DNA of 60,355 nt, the filler included, from Catajapyx aquilonaris (taxonomy: Eukaryota): NCBI GenBank assembly GCA_000934665.2. It is 3 parts of 3 records of this genome, joined end to end, with 100 filler letters (N's around TTAATTAATTAA, not from the genome) between each part and the next. Parts side by side here need not be neighbours in the genome. Positions count along the whole stretch, not along the records: positions 1 to 20,178 come from KZ539520.1; positions 20,279 to 40,264 come from JYFJ02006352.1; 1 more part is not named here. The stretch is one strand, 5' to 3'. The position numbers were made by a program, and so were the translations under genes. How positions within the stretch are numbered: position 1 is the first letter of the stretch; the number at the start of each line of letters is the position of its first letter. A model generated the notes under the pieces. That model was given only the letters and a program-made list of their open reading frames with translations, made no database searches and was not told the origin of the DNA. This document shows, piece by piece, positions 13,053-26,000 of the stretch.

Positions 13053-14750
13053 TCCGATAGTAGTTATGTTGCTTTGTTAGGAGAAAGAAATTACGAAATT
13101 GAACAAAGTGCGAGAAAAGTGATCTTGAAGCGATGTGGCTTCTGCTCGGAAGAAGTACCATCTGTGACGTAATAGAGAAGCAAGAAGGCAGCACCCTCTG
13201 CCAAACAAGGTCCTGTTTTATATATTATACAACATTGATTTTATTACAGGGGATATAAGAGTGTGAGACTGCGGGCGAGGGAGGGCTTACTGAGCCTGAT
13301 TTTTGGTTCCTTGTTATAGCAGCGAATGAAGGCAGAGAGAAAGTTGTGGAGTACGTCCTGTGGCTACCACATTTCTTTTTCGCAGATTACGCGGTGCTGG
13401 AGTTTCTGACAGCGTGCTAATTTGCATATTTCCAAGTCTGCCTTGCGGAAATATCGCTATCTGCTGTGTACACTTGAAAGTGAGCGTTTTTCTGTGCAGT
13501 GTCTGGCCTTACCTCTGTTTTATTGCTTCTACCCTACTGATGTATTTTTGTGGATTCTCATTACAAGTTTTTCACAGCGTGACAGTTACGACAGGCGGCG
13601 AACGACAATGGCGAATTCGACAAGGGTTTCTTTTACATCACATCAAATAACATCCAGGACAAAATATATTGATCAGACTACCTAAGCTCAAGCAGCAAGA
13701 AGCACAATTGAGCGAATTAAAAACAAAGAGAATAAGACAATGAAAGAAGCTACTAGTAGGCCTTTTTGTAGGCCAGAAGTAGATAACTACAGGGTTGGAA
13801 ATAGGGACCATGCAGAAAGACTTGAGGAAGGACATAGAGTCAGAGGAAAGTGAAGAAGTGATAATTACTCAGTCTACTTTCTCGGGTAGGGAAATGACTG
13901 GAGAGAAAGGGGATTATATAAAAGAAATGGAATAATTTGATGGTATAAATTGTGCGTGTAAATAATCGATAGATGGTTCAAGTTGAGATGCCTGCGGAAA
14001 TGAGGGGTAAAAGAATTAATTTTCGGATGTGGGAATGCTATCACACAGAGCACTCCGACATCACCAAATGGAGAATATTAGCCACACATACATCACATAT
14101 AGCAAAGCTCAGTCTATGGCAGTGACTTTCAGCGCGTCACATAATATATTTGGTCGTGACGCACCGGACGTGACTGCCCCCATTCAACACCGATCACAAA
14201 CCTCACCACAGGAGGACAGAAATGCAAGAAGCTGTTGGTTTTTTTCTGGTTTCCATAGCGCCGGATTATAAGCTAACCACACAGGAGGAATAAGGGGTCA
14301 AATCATAGCAACCAGAAATTAAAATTAGCCGATAAACCATGTGCTGTCTGTCAGAACTACAGAAGTGGGGGGGGGGACTATTTTTAGTGTTTTGGGTTAT
14401 CAGAATAAATAATTATTAAAGATGGGGGCGAGGGGGGGGGGAGTTCAGGATTTGTGGGAAGATGAGAAAATGTGCTGACCTGAAAGGACAGTGAAAGAAG
14501 ATTTGTGGAAATTAATACCCATTATCCATGTGGGAAATATTTTAACTTGGGCCATCTTTTGTTGCTCTAGTGGGGAACACTCTTGGTGTGCAAAGATATG
14601 CTTTAATTTTTTCCTGGCCCAAATCGTTGTTCCCTCAAGCCTTTTCCTGAAAGGAGGAATTGGTTCGAAGCGTAGAAGAAAATGCGAGAGGTATACGAGA
14701 CAAGTAACGCGTTGTAGTGCCAAGAATAAACTGATTGCTCTTTCATATTT

Positions 14751-14997
14751 GAAGGGCTTAAGTCAAATGGCTGTAAGTGCCAAGAAAAAGAAATTTGGGA
14801 AATCACCCAAATGTGTTTGAGGAAGGTACTGTTAGCATCACACATCCCAAAGTCTGGCGAGGAATATGAACTGCACGGGATGGGTATTGTACATGCATCC
14901 ATTCTGACCTTATTAAGCATGGCATATACATCATTTTTGCACACATAACTCAACTTTTGTTTTTTGGAACTTACAGCCATTTTGACTTAAGCCCTTC
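14751..14997. mobile_element. MITE with 4-bp ATTT TSD (Sola-like)
   Basis: ATTT|GAAGGGCTTAAGTCAAATGGCTGTAAGT...ACTTACAGCCATTTTGACTTAAGCCCTTC|ATTT. Confidence 0.85.
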
Positions 14998-16825
14998 ATT
15001 TGTAGGATACTGTGGTATTTTGGCCTACGTTCTAAATAAGTATAGGTATACTTATTTAGAAATGACAAAGTAGTATCGTCGACTGAAACTGATGCAACAA
15101 ATATATTTCAATCTGCTGCTACGAAAATTTAGTAAGCCATTCCGGATGGCCCGCTTATAATAAATACAATGTGACTTGTATTGTCTTGTAGCTGTAATCT
15201 TTAGAAAATATGGTCTTAGCACTACGCGATTCCAAGGCATTTCCTCCTACTCTGCGCACACGGTAACAAAAGGAGACAGTAGGCGCAAGAAGGAACTTAA
15301 ATTTAATAAACAAAGTTATGAGGGGTGACATACACATCGTCTGGAACAAGCTGCTGGCATGTGTCCCTGTACTGAAGGAAATGTTCTATTTTCTTGTAGA
15401 TCTTTGGCCCAGGGTTTCGCGGCTGGTCGGCCTTCATTTGATTTTTATTTCACCATAACATTTATCATGCACGTCACGAGTGTCCTAGCGATAAAAATTT
15501 TGGAGCTGAAATTTTGTTAACAGTCACCAAAAATGGAGCGCAAAAACGGAACAGAAGCCACATTCCAATCGTGAAAAAAGAAATACGAGTTCGGCATGAT
15601 GACGACCACTGCTACCTGTTTTCAGAATACCTTTTTGCTGCTTTTGAAGGTGGAGGATATCCGCAAAAGCGAACAAAAATGCGCGCAATTTATTTCAGAG
15701 GGATTTGAGGCTCCTCAACTGAGAAACCATGAGCCAAGGAATATTAAAAAAAAACCGATGCCTAGGACGAATCCCGCCGTTAGTCCTAATATCAAACGCA
15801 TGCAATCAACTGTGGGGACACTATAAAGATTTCCCGCGACGGTACTCTACTTGACATAAAAGGGTCACGATGGACACGTCGCCAGCACCACGACAACTCA
15901 CGCGACAAGTCGAAACCACTCAAATTAGTTGCTCACTCCTTTGCATTGACCAAATCTGAGTATTAGAGGCATGTATAATATAAGTTAAGTTATATAATAA
16001 TTGTACATATTGATTACTTTCGTCGTTGAGAACCTCCCGGGTAAAATTGCTAAGCTATTATTTGGAAGAAGCCCGCGTCGGAGGCGTCCTATATGTCACT
16101 TCTAAACTCACGTACCCTTGGATGCATTCCGAGGTGTTGTCCACACGCAGGGCACGCAAGCCCCCCGTATATGGCACGGAAATCCTGGAAAATACGAAGT
16201 TCCGGCTTACGACGTTTCGCACTTGATCGATTTCCCAATGGTCAATTTTGTGAGGGATAATTATTATAATAGTATAGTAAAAACGACGGAATATATAAAC
16301 GGTGCACAGTACTACTATACTAATTATTATAATATAATAAGCTAATATATATATTATAAAATGTGGAAAAAAGTGGGCGACCTGTAAAAGCTGGTTGCGA
16401 ATCCTTTTTTGTCTGGGATGGAAAAAAGCGAGATGGATATGACCACGAGAGCGATTTCTGTTCTCTTCCAATCCAAAGCGATTTAAAGACATGAAAATGC
16501 AAAAAGGGGGCAAAAAATTTGCGCATCCAAGGATTCCAGGAAATGAAAAAATTGCAATGGAGCTGGAGACGAGACCATAACAGAAAAAGTATATAGAGAT
16601 AGACAGTATATCCGGCAGGGAGAGACAAAAAGGCACTCTGAAAACAAGAGACACTTCTTGTGGTATAGAACGCATGACCCTCTTCTGAGGTATATGATCT
16701 ATTTTTTCCTCTCTTTCTCCCGCTCATCAGTAGATCGTAAAAACAAATAAACAAAGAAGAGCGCAATCAGGCAGCACACACTGAGGTATAAGGAGCTCAA
16801 AAGACAAAAGGAAACATGGATATAC

Positions 16826-16893
16826 CATGAGCACTTCGGACACGGAGCTGATACTGAGGACGTACATTGTGACCCCCACTTCTACAGGTGGAC
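16826..16893 (-). CDS. Rdl: Rdl alternative exon 3, downstream copy (VSEVLM type)
   Basis: TTTTCAG|GPPVEVGVTMYVLSISSVSEVLM|GTATAT; 68 nt, phase 1 to 0; identical to an insect Rdl exon-3 variant as I recall it. Confidence 0.96.
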
Positions 16894-17420
16894 CTGAAAA
16901 GACACAAGTTAATCCGACATAGGAGCAACTGAGTAGGATCATTTTCAAGGAAGGTTGCTGGCCCGTTGATACCTCACTTTCAGGACCCACGCAGGATTGT
17001 GTAGGTACAGAATAAAAAATAAGGATAACCAGGATGTCTTGTGGAGGAACTACGTCGACCCAAAGTGAACATGCAGTGTTGTTCGTGAAAGCGAGTCACT
17101 TTTGGTGACGCAGCACCTTTCAAAGGATCGAGAGGGATGACTTGTTTCTTTTTTTGGTTTTTGTCGCAAACTGTACACGCACGCAAGGTACACTTTTTTG
17201 CTGGTGATTATCCCCATGTGAAGTGTTGTGATAAACAGATTTTTTCAAGCGCCTATTCGGAAAGCAATTGCGCAAAATCTGCAAGTCTAAGGAGACGGTA
17301 CAGCGTGGATAAAGGTACAAGAAGAGGTCCTTCTAAATAGATAGGATATAATTGGGGGAAGGGCAAGGGAAGGGAAGAGGGCTAGTGGCTCCAGAGAAGA
17401 ACGTGGCTGTGTGCAAGAAT

Positions 17421-17459
17421 GTGAGTGACGGTGAGTGGAGCGTGAGTGACGGTGAGTGA
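17421..17459 (-). promoter_or_regulatory. YCAY cluster, candidate Nova/Pasilla splicing element
   Basis: Eight YCAY tetramers in 39 nt on the transcribed strand, about 210-250 nt downstream of the upstream exon-3 donor. Confidence 0.5.
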
Positions 17460-17669
17460 TAGGCGTTGGTTCTCCAGAGCCCTAGCAATTTTTTGTGGAA
17501 GGTTTGTATTTTTGGGGGCAGGTACAGGGGTAGGAGAGAGAGAGCGAGAAAGAAGATCGATCCTTGGGAAGGTTTTGTTCTTTTGTTCCATCAGGCCTAC
17601 AGAACTGCACATGCTCACAAGCAGCACCAGGAGGGCACGAAAGAGAGATGGAGGCTAAGGGACCAGTAC

Positions 17670-17737
17670 CATCTCCACTTCGGACAGCGAGCTTATGCTG
17701 AGCACGTACATGGACACTCCCACGTCCACGGCAGGAC
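17670..17737 (-). CDS. Rdl: Rdl alternative exon 3, upstream copy (LSEVEM type)
   Basis: CTTCCAG|GPAVDVGVSMYVLSISSLSEVEM|GTACTG; 68 nt with the same phases as the other copy; not shown in the ORF track. Confidence 0.94.
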
Positions 17738-19628
17738 CTGGAAGACAGGAAGAGCTGTGACGGTTGTAGGGAGAGGGGTGTCGTGGGGCTTAATGATGGT
17801 TTGTGGGGGGTATGAAAGGGGACTTTCTTTTTATTTAATGAATCAGTGAATGATATATCTTCTCTTCCACTTTGGGATGAACTGGTGGGCCACGTCGACG
17901 GCTCCCATGGCTGGCGGCTCCATATCTCACAAAAGGAACAATTCCCCCCCAAATCAGAGGTCGACTTGGAAGACTACTCTATTTATTCTCATTAGCTCTC
18001 GGAAAGGCTGAGCAAATAGATCAATTCAGCAGCAGTATTGATGAAAAGGAATAAAGAAAAACTACTAAAGTGTTCAGATGCATCGCTTGTGTAAGAGTTA
18101 CCTTTCCGAGCAACACCACTGCTCAATTTGTCAAATCACATCTAGATATACTTTTAAAGGTGTCCAAGCATAGTTCTGAGTTCCTGGTCGGCTTTCTCCA
18201 CTCTCTTCTAAAATTCTCCATCTCCCCCACGCTCTCGGTTCACTGCCAATTTCAGGAAGCTCTGATTTGATATTTTACAAATCCACACTACGTGTACATT
18301 ATTTTTCTTTATATTGTATATATCGAATCCATCTCTTCAGGTGACTGGTGTGGCCAAAGGATCTACTGGATTGGGACACGGGGAGTTCAAAAATTACCCA
18401 AGGGGTGGTGGAGATGGTTGGGGACAATTATTATTTTTTCATTCTCTCTCTCTCTCGTTATTGCTAATATTAATTTTTCCTCGAGGTTGTCGCAATGGAA
18501 CCGTGGACTGTCCATCCGGGCAAGTTGTGAGGAAGCATCGAGAAGGAGTCCGTGTGTCAGAGGTCGTCTGTGAAAGAGGGTGAGCAGGCGCCATTTTGCG
18601 TCATCACCACCATCCTTAGCATTGAAAACCCAGAGCGAAAAATATAAAATCGGGAGGTAAGAAATCTACGGAATTTGTCCGGAGAACCAGATGGAACGCA
18701 TTCGCTTCTCTCCACGGATGCAAAAGAGACGTCGCCGCTGCTGCTTTGGACACCATCCAAGGCCCTCCCCTAATGAAATTCTTCCCCAAGTTCCATTTGT
18801 CTTCCGCCCTTGGCTGATTTATCCCAGCCATATTTTTTGGGTATATGTAGGCTATGTACATTTTTACGCACCCCTCCCTCTTTCACTTTCTTTTTATTGT
18901 TTTTTCTTTTATCTATGTATATTTTTTGCATTTTTCACTTGCACACACAGGAGCCCATCCTGGGTTCCGCACTGCCAATAGCTACCACACACGCAGCACA
19001 ATTTGCCCGAGGAAATGTCAAACTTAAAAGCAACAGCAGACAGAAGGAGGAAGAGGGGTTTCGCCACACACTTTTTTATGACAAAAAATTTAGGCACCTC
19101 TAATTTTTTGAATTGACAACTTTTTGAAATAGTTTTTGCCTACTGAACCGAAAACTTACACCCAACGTGAAGAAGTGTCACCAGAATCTTAGAAGGAACT
19201 GAATGAAAACTAGAAAATTTTGTTGAATAATAATTTTAGAATGTGATCCGGTTTGTTTATATATATATGTGTATATATATATAATTTTTGTGAGACGCGT
19301 GTACGGTACTTCTTACACAATATGTTTCTTACAAACATAGCACACGTTTCTCACATTCTTTCTAAAAGCATGCGATTTCCTACAAGAGTCCTGGTGGAAT
19401 CTTGCAAGAAATCCAACTCGTGTCCTTTCTTACAAGACAGACTATATAAAATCTTACCAGCAACTCCAATTGAGAAGTTGAAATTAATCCCGCGGCATGG
19501 AATTAGAGAGCGATAGGCTCAAACTCTGGGCAAGGTAGCCTTAGTGGCGAACTTTGTTTTACAGGAGTGTTTGGGAGCCAAGGCGAAATAGAAAGGAGTT
19601 ACACTCAGAGTAGGAGAGAGCGACTTAC

Positions 19629-19717
19629 CTCCGTAATTAGGCCTTACTCGCTTGTCGTAACCCGCTTGCAGCGAATCCAAGATCGCCGATATGTTTACAT
19701 CTATGCCGTTTGGAGTG
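19629..19717 (-). CDS. Rdl: Rdl exon 2
   Basis: TTTCAG|c-TPNGIDVNISAILDSLQAGYDKRVRPNYG-g|GTAAGT; 89 nt, phase 2 to 1. DVNISAILDS..YDKRVRPNYG is the Rdl N-terminal motif. Confidence 0.95.
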
Positions 19718-20178
19718 CTGAAAGTAAGTGTATTCTTGTTATAATCTTGCTCTCAAATCACACCTGCCAAATTATGGTGATGCGCAGTGTGTTTTAAGTA
19801 TTGCGGTCATTTTAGTTATCGCAAATTTCGCCCGAAGTTGTTATTTTTGTGCAGCTATTTGCGCTCCGATCCAGGTGCCCAATTACACATCAGCTGCAAT
19901 ATTAGACCATGCCTGGGAATAAATAACAGCTTCGGACGAAATTTGCGATAACTGAAAGAACCCCAATACTTGGAACGCACTGTAGACACAGACAGTTCCC
20001 GACTTACGTAGCTCTGACATACGTAGGTCAGGAGTTACGTAAAAAATCTCTGATACGTGGAAAAATCTACGGAACAGACTGTTAAGGCTGTGCATCACCC
20101 CCGAGTGGGAATAGGCGTATCCCATGTAACTTATCTCCCCTTTTTCTCCTACACTACTTATCGTAATCTTGTCAACTA

Positions 20179-20278
20179 NNNNNNNNNNNNNNNNNNNNNN
20201 NNNNNNNNNNNNNNNNNNNNNNTTAATTAATTAANNNNNNNNNNNNNNNNNNNNNNNNNNNNNNNNNNNNNNNNNNNN
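20179..20278. other. Assembly gap with TTAATTAATTAA all-frame-stop linker
   Basis: N run containing the palindromic linker; an identical construct occurs at 40265-40364. Confidence 0.9.
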
Positions 20279-21580
20279 CCCCCCCCCAAATCGAAAGTCT
20301 GAGTCCACCGCGGTCAGGCCGGAATTGAGACATGTTTATGACACAAAAAAATTATATCACGCAATATTTTACACCATGCAAATTTTTATACCATGAAATT
20401 ATACGACACCAGTCTACACCATAAAAACTTTCATTATTCGCGTGGAAACATTTTTTTCCCCCAACCTTTGAGCGCCATAAAAATCACTAGGAATTGACAC
20501 GTTACAACCCACTGGACCGGAACATATCTATCGGACCAACTCGTGTATTTTTTTTCCATCGTTCCCTACCTATTGCAACCGCCATTTCAAATTAGGCCAG
20601 AGAGTAATAATGTAGTGCCAACTCTGAAAGCAACACGGTATTCAACTTGATTTCCAGCAGCGAAGATTACAAATCAAGGCTGGAAAATGACGCTCGCGTC
20701 AGGAACCGCGAACATAAAGCTCATATCTTTCGTCCGCGAGTGAGAAGAGTTGCAATTTCCGTTTCCCAGCAGTCACAGCAATTGCCAACTGACAGGCCAT
20801 AATGTAACGCCAAAAACCGGAGGCCCAGAGATGCGCGCGTTTCAAAGCTCGTTTATGTCGAATATGCCATTTTGATTACGTAAATCACACACACACACTG
20901 TCTACACACCCACATACCCAAAATATTTGTTTAAAAAAATGTTGGGAGAAGAATGAAGCTATTCAGGCCCGCAACGCCCATACCGATACAATCGCTTATT
21001 ACAATCGAAATGCACGTTTTAATTTTATCTACCGAACCATTACACAGATTAGAGCCCCTGAATATGAAGATATAAACGCATTAACATGCAGTAAATTATC
21101 GCTAGCAATAAAGCTTGGCACTCGCGCGCACGATTTTCCAGCTGCAGAACCAATTTTTTAGCGTTGGTCAACTACTAATTTGACCTGCCTCATCGCACCA
21201 ACTATCTTTACAGCCTCATGGCCAGGATCAAGTTAATCAACCTAGAAGGGATGCCTTCATGCAAGTGTTCATGGTATTACCCCCCCCCCCCCACCAGTCC
21301 GGACGCGTGGGATTTCATATGTTTATGAGTGCAGATCGTGTATCATTTACACATTGCAAGATCAACATATTATTGTCGGCTTAATGGCACGTGTCATTCG
21401 GACTCCGACTCAAATCCTTTGTTTTGGCCAAAAATGGTGGAAAAAACAACAGAATCGTTCGGAAAAATTTGCATATTTACATAGACATGAGTTATGGCGC
21501 AAATAATTATGATATGACAATATATTAGTATGTAGGGTGATTTCAGATCAGACAATGCGATTTTTTTTTGTGAAAAAATA

Positions 21581-21880
21581 CAGGGTGTTTCAACTTTTTT
21601 GTCCGAACAGTTATCGGAAAATTGCTACTTTGTAAGCAGTGACTTGTAAACGGTGATTTGTCGGAGGAATGGGGAAAAAGAGGGTCACACATCCCATGGC
21701 ATGTGTGACCCTCTTTTTTCCAGGCTTGACACTAAATTTTCAGCGGGCAGCACGTATGCTACTTCAACCTCCGAAACTTCAACCTCCGAAAAATCACCGT
21801 TTGCAAGTCACAGCTTACAAAGTAGCAGTTACGTGCAATTTTTCCGATAACTGTTTGGACAAAAAAGTTGAAACACCCTG
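21581..21880. mobile_element. Tc1/mariner-type MITE
   Basis: TA|CAGGGTGTTTCAACTTTTTTGTCC...GGACAAAAAAGTTGAAACACCCTG|TA, about 80-bp TIRs. Confidence 0.9.
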
Positions 21881-22265
21881 TATATGCGTAACCCACATAT
21901 AATTGAACTCCTATGGTGCAATTAATTTCACAAAATTAAAATTAATTATGGAGATACACATTCATGGGCACGAAAATAAAATGCGAGAGATGCTGCATTT
22001 TTCTCTTGTTTTGATTACAGGATATTTCCCGAAGTCGATATGAAATGTTGCACACGTGTTTTTGAGATCGAGTGTAATGTATATATTTATCTTATTTAAT
22101 CGTGCATTCGCCTTCCAATTTTTTTTTAATTTTGCACATTTTGGTTTCAATGCACATACCGGTACATCGCAATTTAATATACCGTAATGGTAAAAGTGGC
22201 GCTTGTGCTAATTACAGTATGTTTTGTGATAAACTGTTGCTGGCGGTAGTATAACCATCCTTTCT

Positions 22266-22554
22266 ACCGAAGCAGTGGTAGCGGAGGGGATATGATATCC
22301 GACTGCTAATCTGGAGGTCCTGGGTTCGAATCCCGGTGGCCGCCGACCCTGACCGTGGTTTTCTGTGGTTTTCCATGGTCATGGAAAATTCCGGGGTCGT
22401 GTCCGTAATTATAGGCCACAGCCGCTTCCTTCCGTCCCTATCCCATCCCCATATACGAGAAGTAAAAACGAAAGCAAGAGTTCCAGATAATAATAAAAAA
22501 TATAGTGGTATCCCACCCCCCTAAGAGTGCCCACGGCTCTAGCACGGGGTACAA

Positions 22555-22622
<68 letters not shown>
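22266..22622 (+). mobile_element. tRNA-derived SINE (family C), full length
   Basis: tRNA-like head with B box GGTTCGAATCCC, GGCCACAGCCGCTTCCTTCC body, shared 3' tail and (TTA)n end; TSD TAACCATCC(T/C)TTCT at 22252-22265 and 22623-22636. Confidence 0.88.
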
Positions 22623-22626
<4 letters not shown>

Positions 22627-25170
22627 CATCCCTTCTCTCACGAGCCAATCAGAATGAGTGCCAGATGAAGTGAAATTGTAGAATTAAAATTTATTTATTT
22701 TAAGAAACTATTGTATTCATATCCATTGCATAGTACTGTAACGTGTATAAGCTTCCATTAAATCCACCCGTTAATTACCTCTGGGTATAATTCAGAATAG
22801 ATAACGTTCATTGAGGTTGGTTTAATGGACTGTTCGTAATGGGGGTACGTTTTAAAAGTCTCCATTGTTCTGGTCGCCATATAGGAGATTGGGAAATCAA
22901 CATGGAGGAAGGAATTAGGCGAATTGCGATCTTGCTGCCTGTGCCAACGTGCTCTGCTGGCATACCCGGAGGCACTACCCTGACCCCAGGTCAAGAGCAG
23001 CGCAGATCCAGCGGGACTGACAGTCAACACGTGAATTGACGGGTCACAAGATACGTTCGAACTTTGAAACGGATAGGAGTTAGACGCGGCCATGTTGTTG
23101 ATTTTGTGACGTCACCTCATCTCTCCTTAGCAAACAAAAGCTGCCTTCGTTACGGCTCGGGGAAGGGCTTAGGGCGAGGGGGTTTTCTCTTTCTGTCAAA
23201 TTAGACTTCCATCGACAAAAGGTGTCTACAAGAAAGTGATGTAATTAAACAACTGATAACTCCGTGCGTAATTGAGATACTCGAGGTGAAAGTATGACAA
23301 CAAGCAAACACATCTAAATTCAAAAAATATTTCCTAAAAAAAACTATTTTGATTCTAATTCTAATTTTTATTTTACCAAGACCAGTTCTATGATAACTAT
23401 GATTGATTTTATATTTTCCTCGGGCGAACAGCTCATGAAAATAATCCCAAGTAATTCTCTCTGATTGCCCATTCCCTATATATGCATTAGGTATGACGTC
23501 ATGTCAAATGAAAAATACCGAACGACGTCGATGCTCATGAACATTGAAACTACGCCATTTTCACAATTAAGTGATACCAATGATTTTTTTTTTTTTCAAT
23601 TTAAAAAATTTGCAGCATGATCATAATACCAAAATGGCGCTGCTTTGGGTTACAACTCACACTGTATATTCCAGCCAGACTTGACATGCAACAAAAAATG
23701 CGGAAAACACTCGATTTGAAATCAGTGGCAGGGAAGTGATTTGCTGAGATACCTTTAAGTGGGTAGAACATCTTAGAAGCCAAGTCAAAAGTCCGGCTCA
23801 TTGGGAGCGACAAAAAAAACGCGCTTTTTGTCCTGAAGGAAGAGGAGAGGAAAGTTAGTAGTTGAGCGGAAAACTCGGTCTGGCTTTGGATTCAAACGAA
23901 ATGTGTCTGCTCAGCCACGAAAGTGGATCCAAACTCGTCACTTCCCTTCTGATTAATCATCCAAATGCTCTGGAATTCTAAGCCTCCTTCCATTAACTAA
24001 TGCATTTGGATTTAGTTAAGAGGCAGGGGTATTGTGGACATCTGCAGAGGAATTCTGATAAAAGAAGTCTATCAAATTTATACTTCAGCGCTTTCGGCGT
24101 TTCCCGTACGGAGGCGCCAATTAATGCGAAAATGAATCCTCGAGTTTCCCTCCGATTCTGCTTTCCAATTTCGACGAGGGATGTACAAACACGGGTTTTG
24201 TGTCCCTAAATCTTTGTCATCAAGCGAAGGACCCATTTGCGATTGACGCTATAAAGGAAGCGCAATCAGAAGTGGATCAACGGCAATGAACCCTAGGTAA
24301 AAAGTGAGTTGTCCACATCACGTGCTGGACTTTGGTTGCTGCTGACTACAAGCCGGATGGAATGGGAAGCTCCAAAATGCAAAGTAGCGCAAATCCGATC
24401 GACTATCGCGACCGCAGAGCCCAACTCGACCGGAAACCGAGCTGCCAATGTGACATGGTGAAGCCAAAGTGACGCTAACAGCTACCGAAACTTTAACGAA
24501 CCTGCCACTAAAATAATCATCGCCGGAACGTGCTTATTCTGTTCGGATCATTTGCGGAGGAAGCGCGTCACTAAGCCGTCTTCTCTGCGGTTTAAGTGCA
24601 CCATTCAAGTTTCAGCGGATCATCTGACTCCAACGGTTATTTTCTTCTCATCGTTGTCTCTATGCATCGTGTGGTTCCAGCACAACCACCCTTGGCAGAC
24701 ATGGAGCATGATTTCAGTATATACTCTCCATATCCGCGTATCAGCTGCTACTTTAAGTAGTTGAAAGCAACTGATATTCTTCGAGCTCAAACTGCCGGAG
24801 ATGACCAAATATGACATCATAAAATTCTATTCTTTCAATCTACTGCACATGTATGAGAATGGGTTTTCCGATCTGAAATGTTCCCTCTTTAAAACGTCTA
24901 TGGATCTCACGAGTCAACAATGTCAACATGGAACATGTTGACATTGTTGACTCTTAGTATATTCACAATAGTTGAGAGAAGCCATTATTATATGTGTTTT
25001 TTTTGCCAGACAATGGCACAAAGTATAAACAACCGAATAATTTTTCATTACTGGAATAAGTTTAATAAGCATAACTTCTTTGTTCTTACACCCCATATAT
25101 TATGGTTATATGCTCAAACTGGAGTTATCAAGTTTTTACTGAAGTTTACTGAATTGCAATGAACTATATA

Positions 25171-25445
25171 CAGGGTGTTAATCCTAAGCGTGTCACCAGA
25201 AAAGGTGGTGGTAGAGGGTGCAGGTGTGAGCATATTTGCATAAGGAACTAGGGGTCGGAAACGCACCTTCACCGAGTCACTCCCCGCGTGCCGCACGCCT
25301 CTTGCACACTGCCTGCCGCAAACTTGAAAGGGGTGTAACTCGGTGAGGGTGCGTTTCTGAACCCTAGTTCCTTATGCAAAAAATGCTCACATCTGCGCCC
25401 TCTACCACCACCTTTTCTGGTGACACGCTTAGGATTAACACCCTG
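25171..25445. mobile_element. Tc1/mariner-type MITE
   Basis: TA|CAGGGTGTTAATCCTAAGCGTGTCACCAGAAAAGG...CCTTTTCTGGTGACACGCTTAGGATTAACACCCTG|TA, about 115-bp TIRs. Confidence 0.92.
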
Positions 25446-25857
25446 TAGATTAGGAATGGTCCATATGATGAGAGATATGCATCGATCATCAATCATACAG
25501 CCCATGCTTTAGTAGATTAGCTCTCTCGTATATCCCGATCAATATTATCGCGTCCACTTTTCCATATAAGAGTGTGTCGCATCAATGGCATGTCTTTAAA
25601 CTGCACTGGCACTCTGCTATAAAATTCAACTTAGCAATCAAACAATAAAAGTACTGTACTCCTAAGTCTTAAATTATTGACACACCATTTGAGCTAGCGT
25701 CTATATCCTGAGAAAGTCATCCAGCACGTTGTCACTCAACCCACCCAAGAGTTTCACCTACAACTCGCGGACGGATCACGATTTAATTCTGGACCACACG
25801 CTATATGTGTACCAGGCACTTCCGATGGCATCAATATTGCACTATATACCAGCTCAC

Positions 25858-26000
25858 CCTGTATAGGTCAACCCTATATAGAGCGTAAAGGCGAAATGGA
25901 GGCTGAACGAGCGAGCGACCGACCACCTGTTGGGTTTTCTGCCACATCCACTCGTGTTCCAGCTCCAAAACACTGTATGCACTGTAATGATAGCTGCCAT
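25858..26000 (-). CDS. Rdl: Probable Rdl first coding exon (signal peptide); start codon uncertain
   Basis: MAAIITVHTVFWSWNTSGCGRKPNRWSVARSFSLHFAFTLYIGLTYTG: a basic then hydrophobic stretch ending GG|GTGAG. The phase-2 donor fits exon 2 (GG+C = Gly). No homology support, and in-frame ATGs also occur further upstream. Confidence 0.55.

Noticed and set aside
13300..14445. Purine-rich stretch and G-runs suggesting an LTR retrotransposon remnant
   Set aside because: No LTR pair or recognisable gag/pol motif.
20223..20234. TTAATTAATTAA palindrome (also near 40308)
   Set aside because: Embedded in N runs at both sites; a scaffolding linker, not biology.
22270..22340. tRNA gene candidates (also 41850, 48389, 52372)
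   Set aside because: No complete cloverleaf; each continues into a repeated body, so they are SINE heads.
22758..23093. ORF with a good Kozak context as Rdl exon 1
   Set aside because: No convincing signal peptide or matching donor; TGACGTCA plus AACATGGC context is typical of TE interiors.
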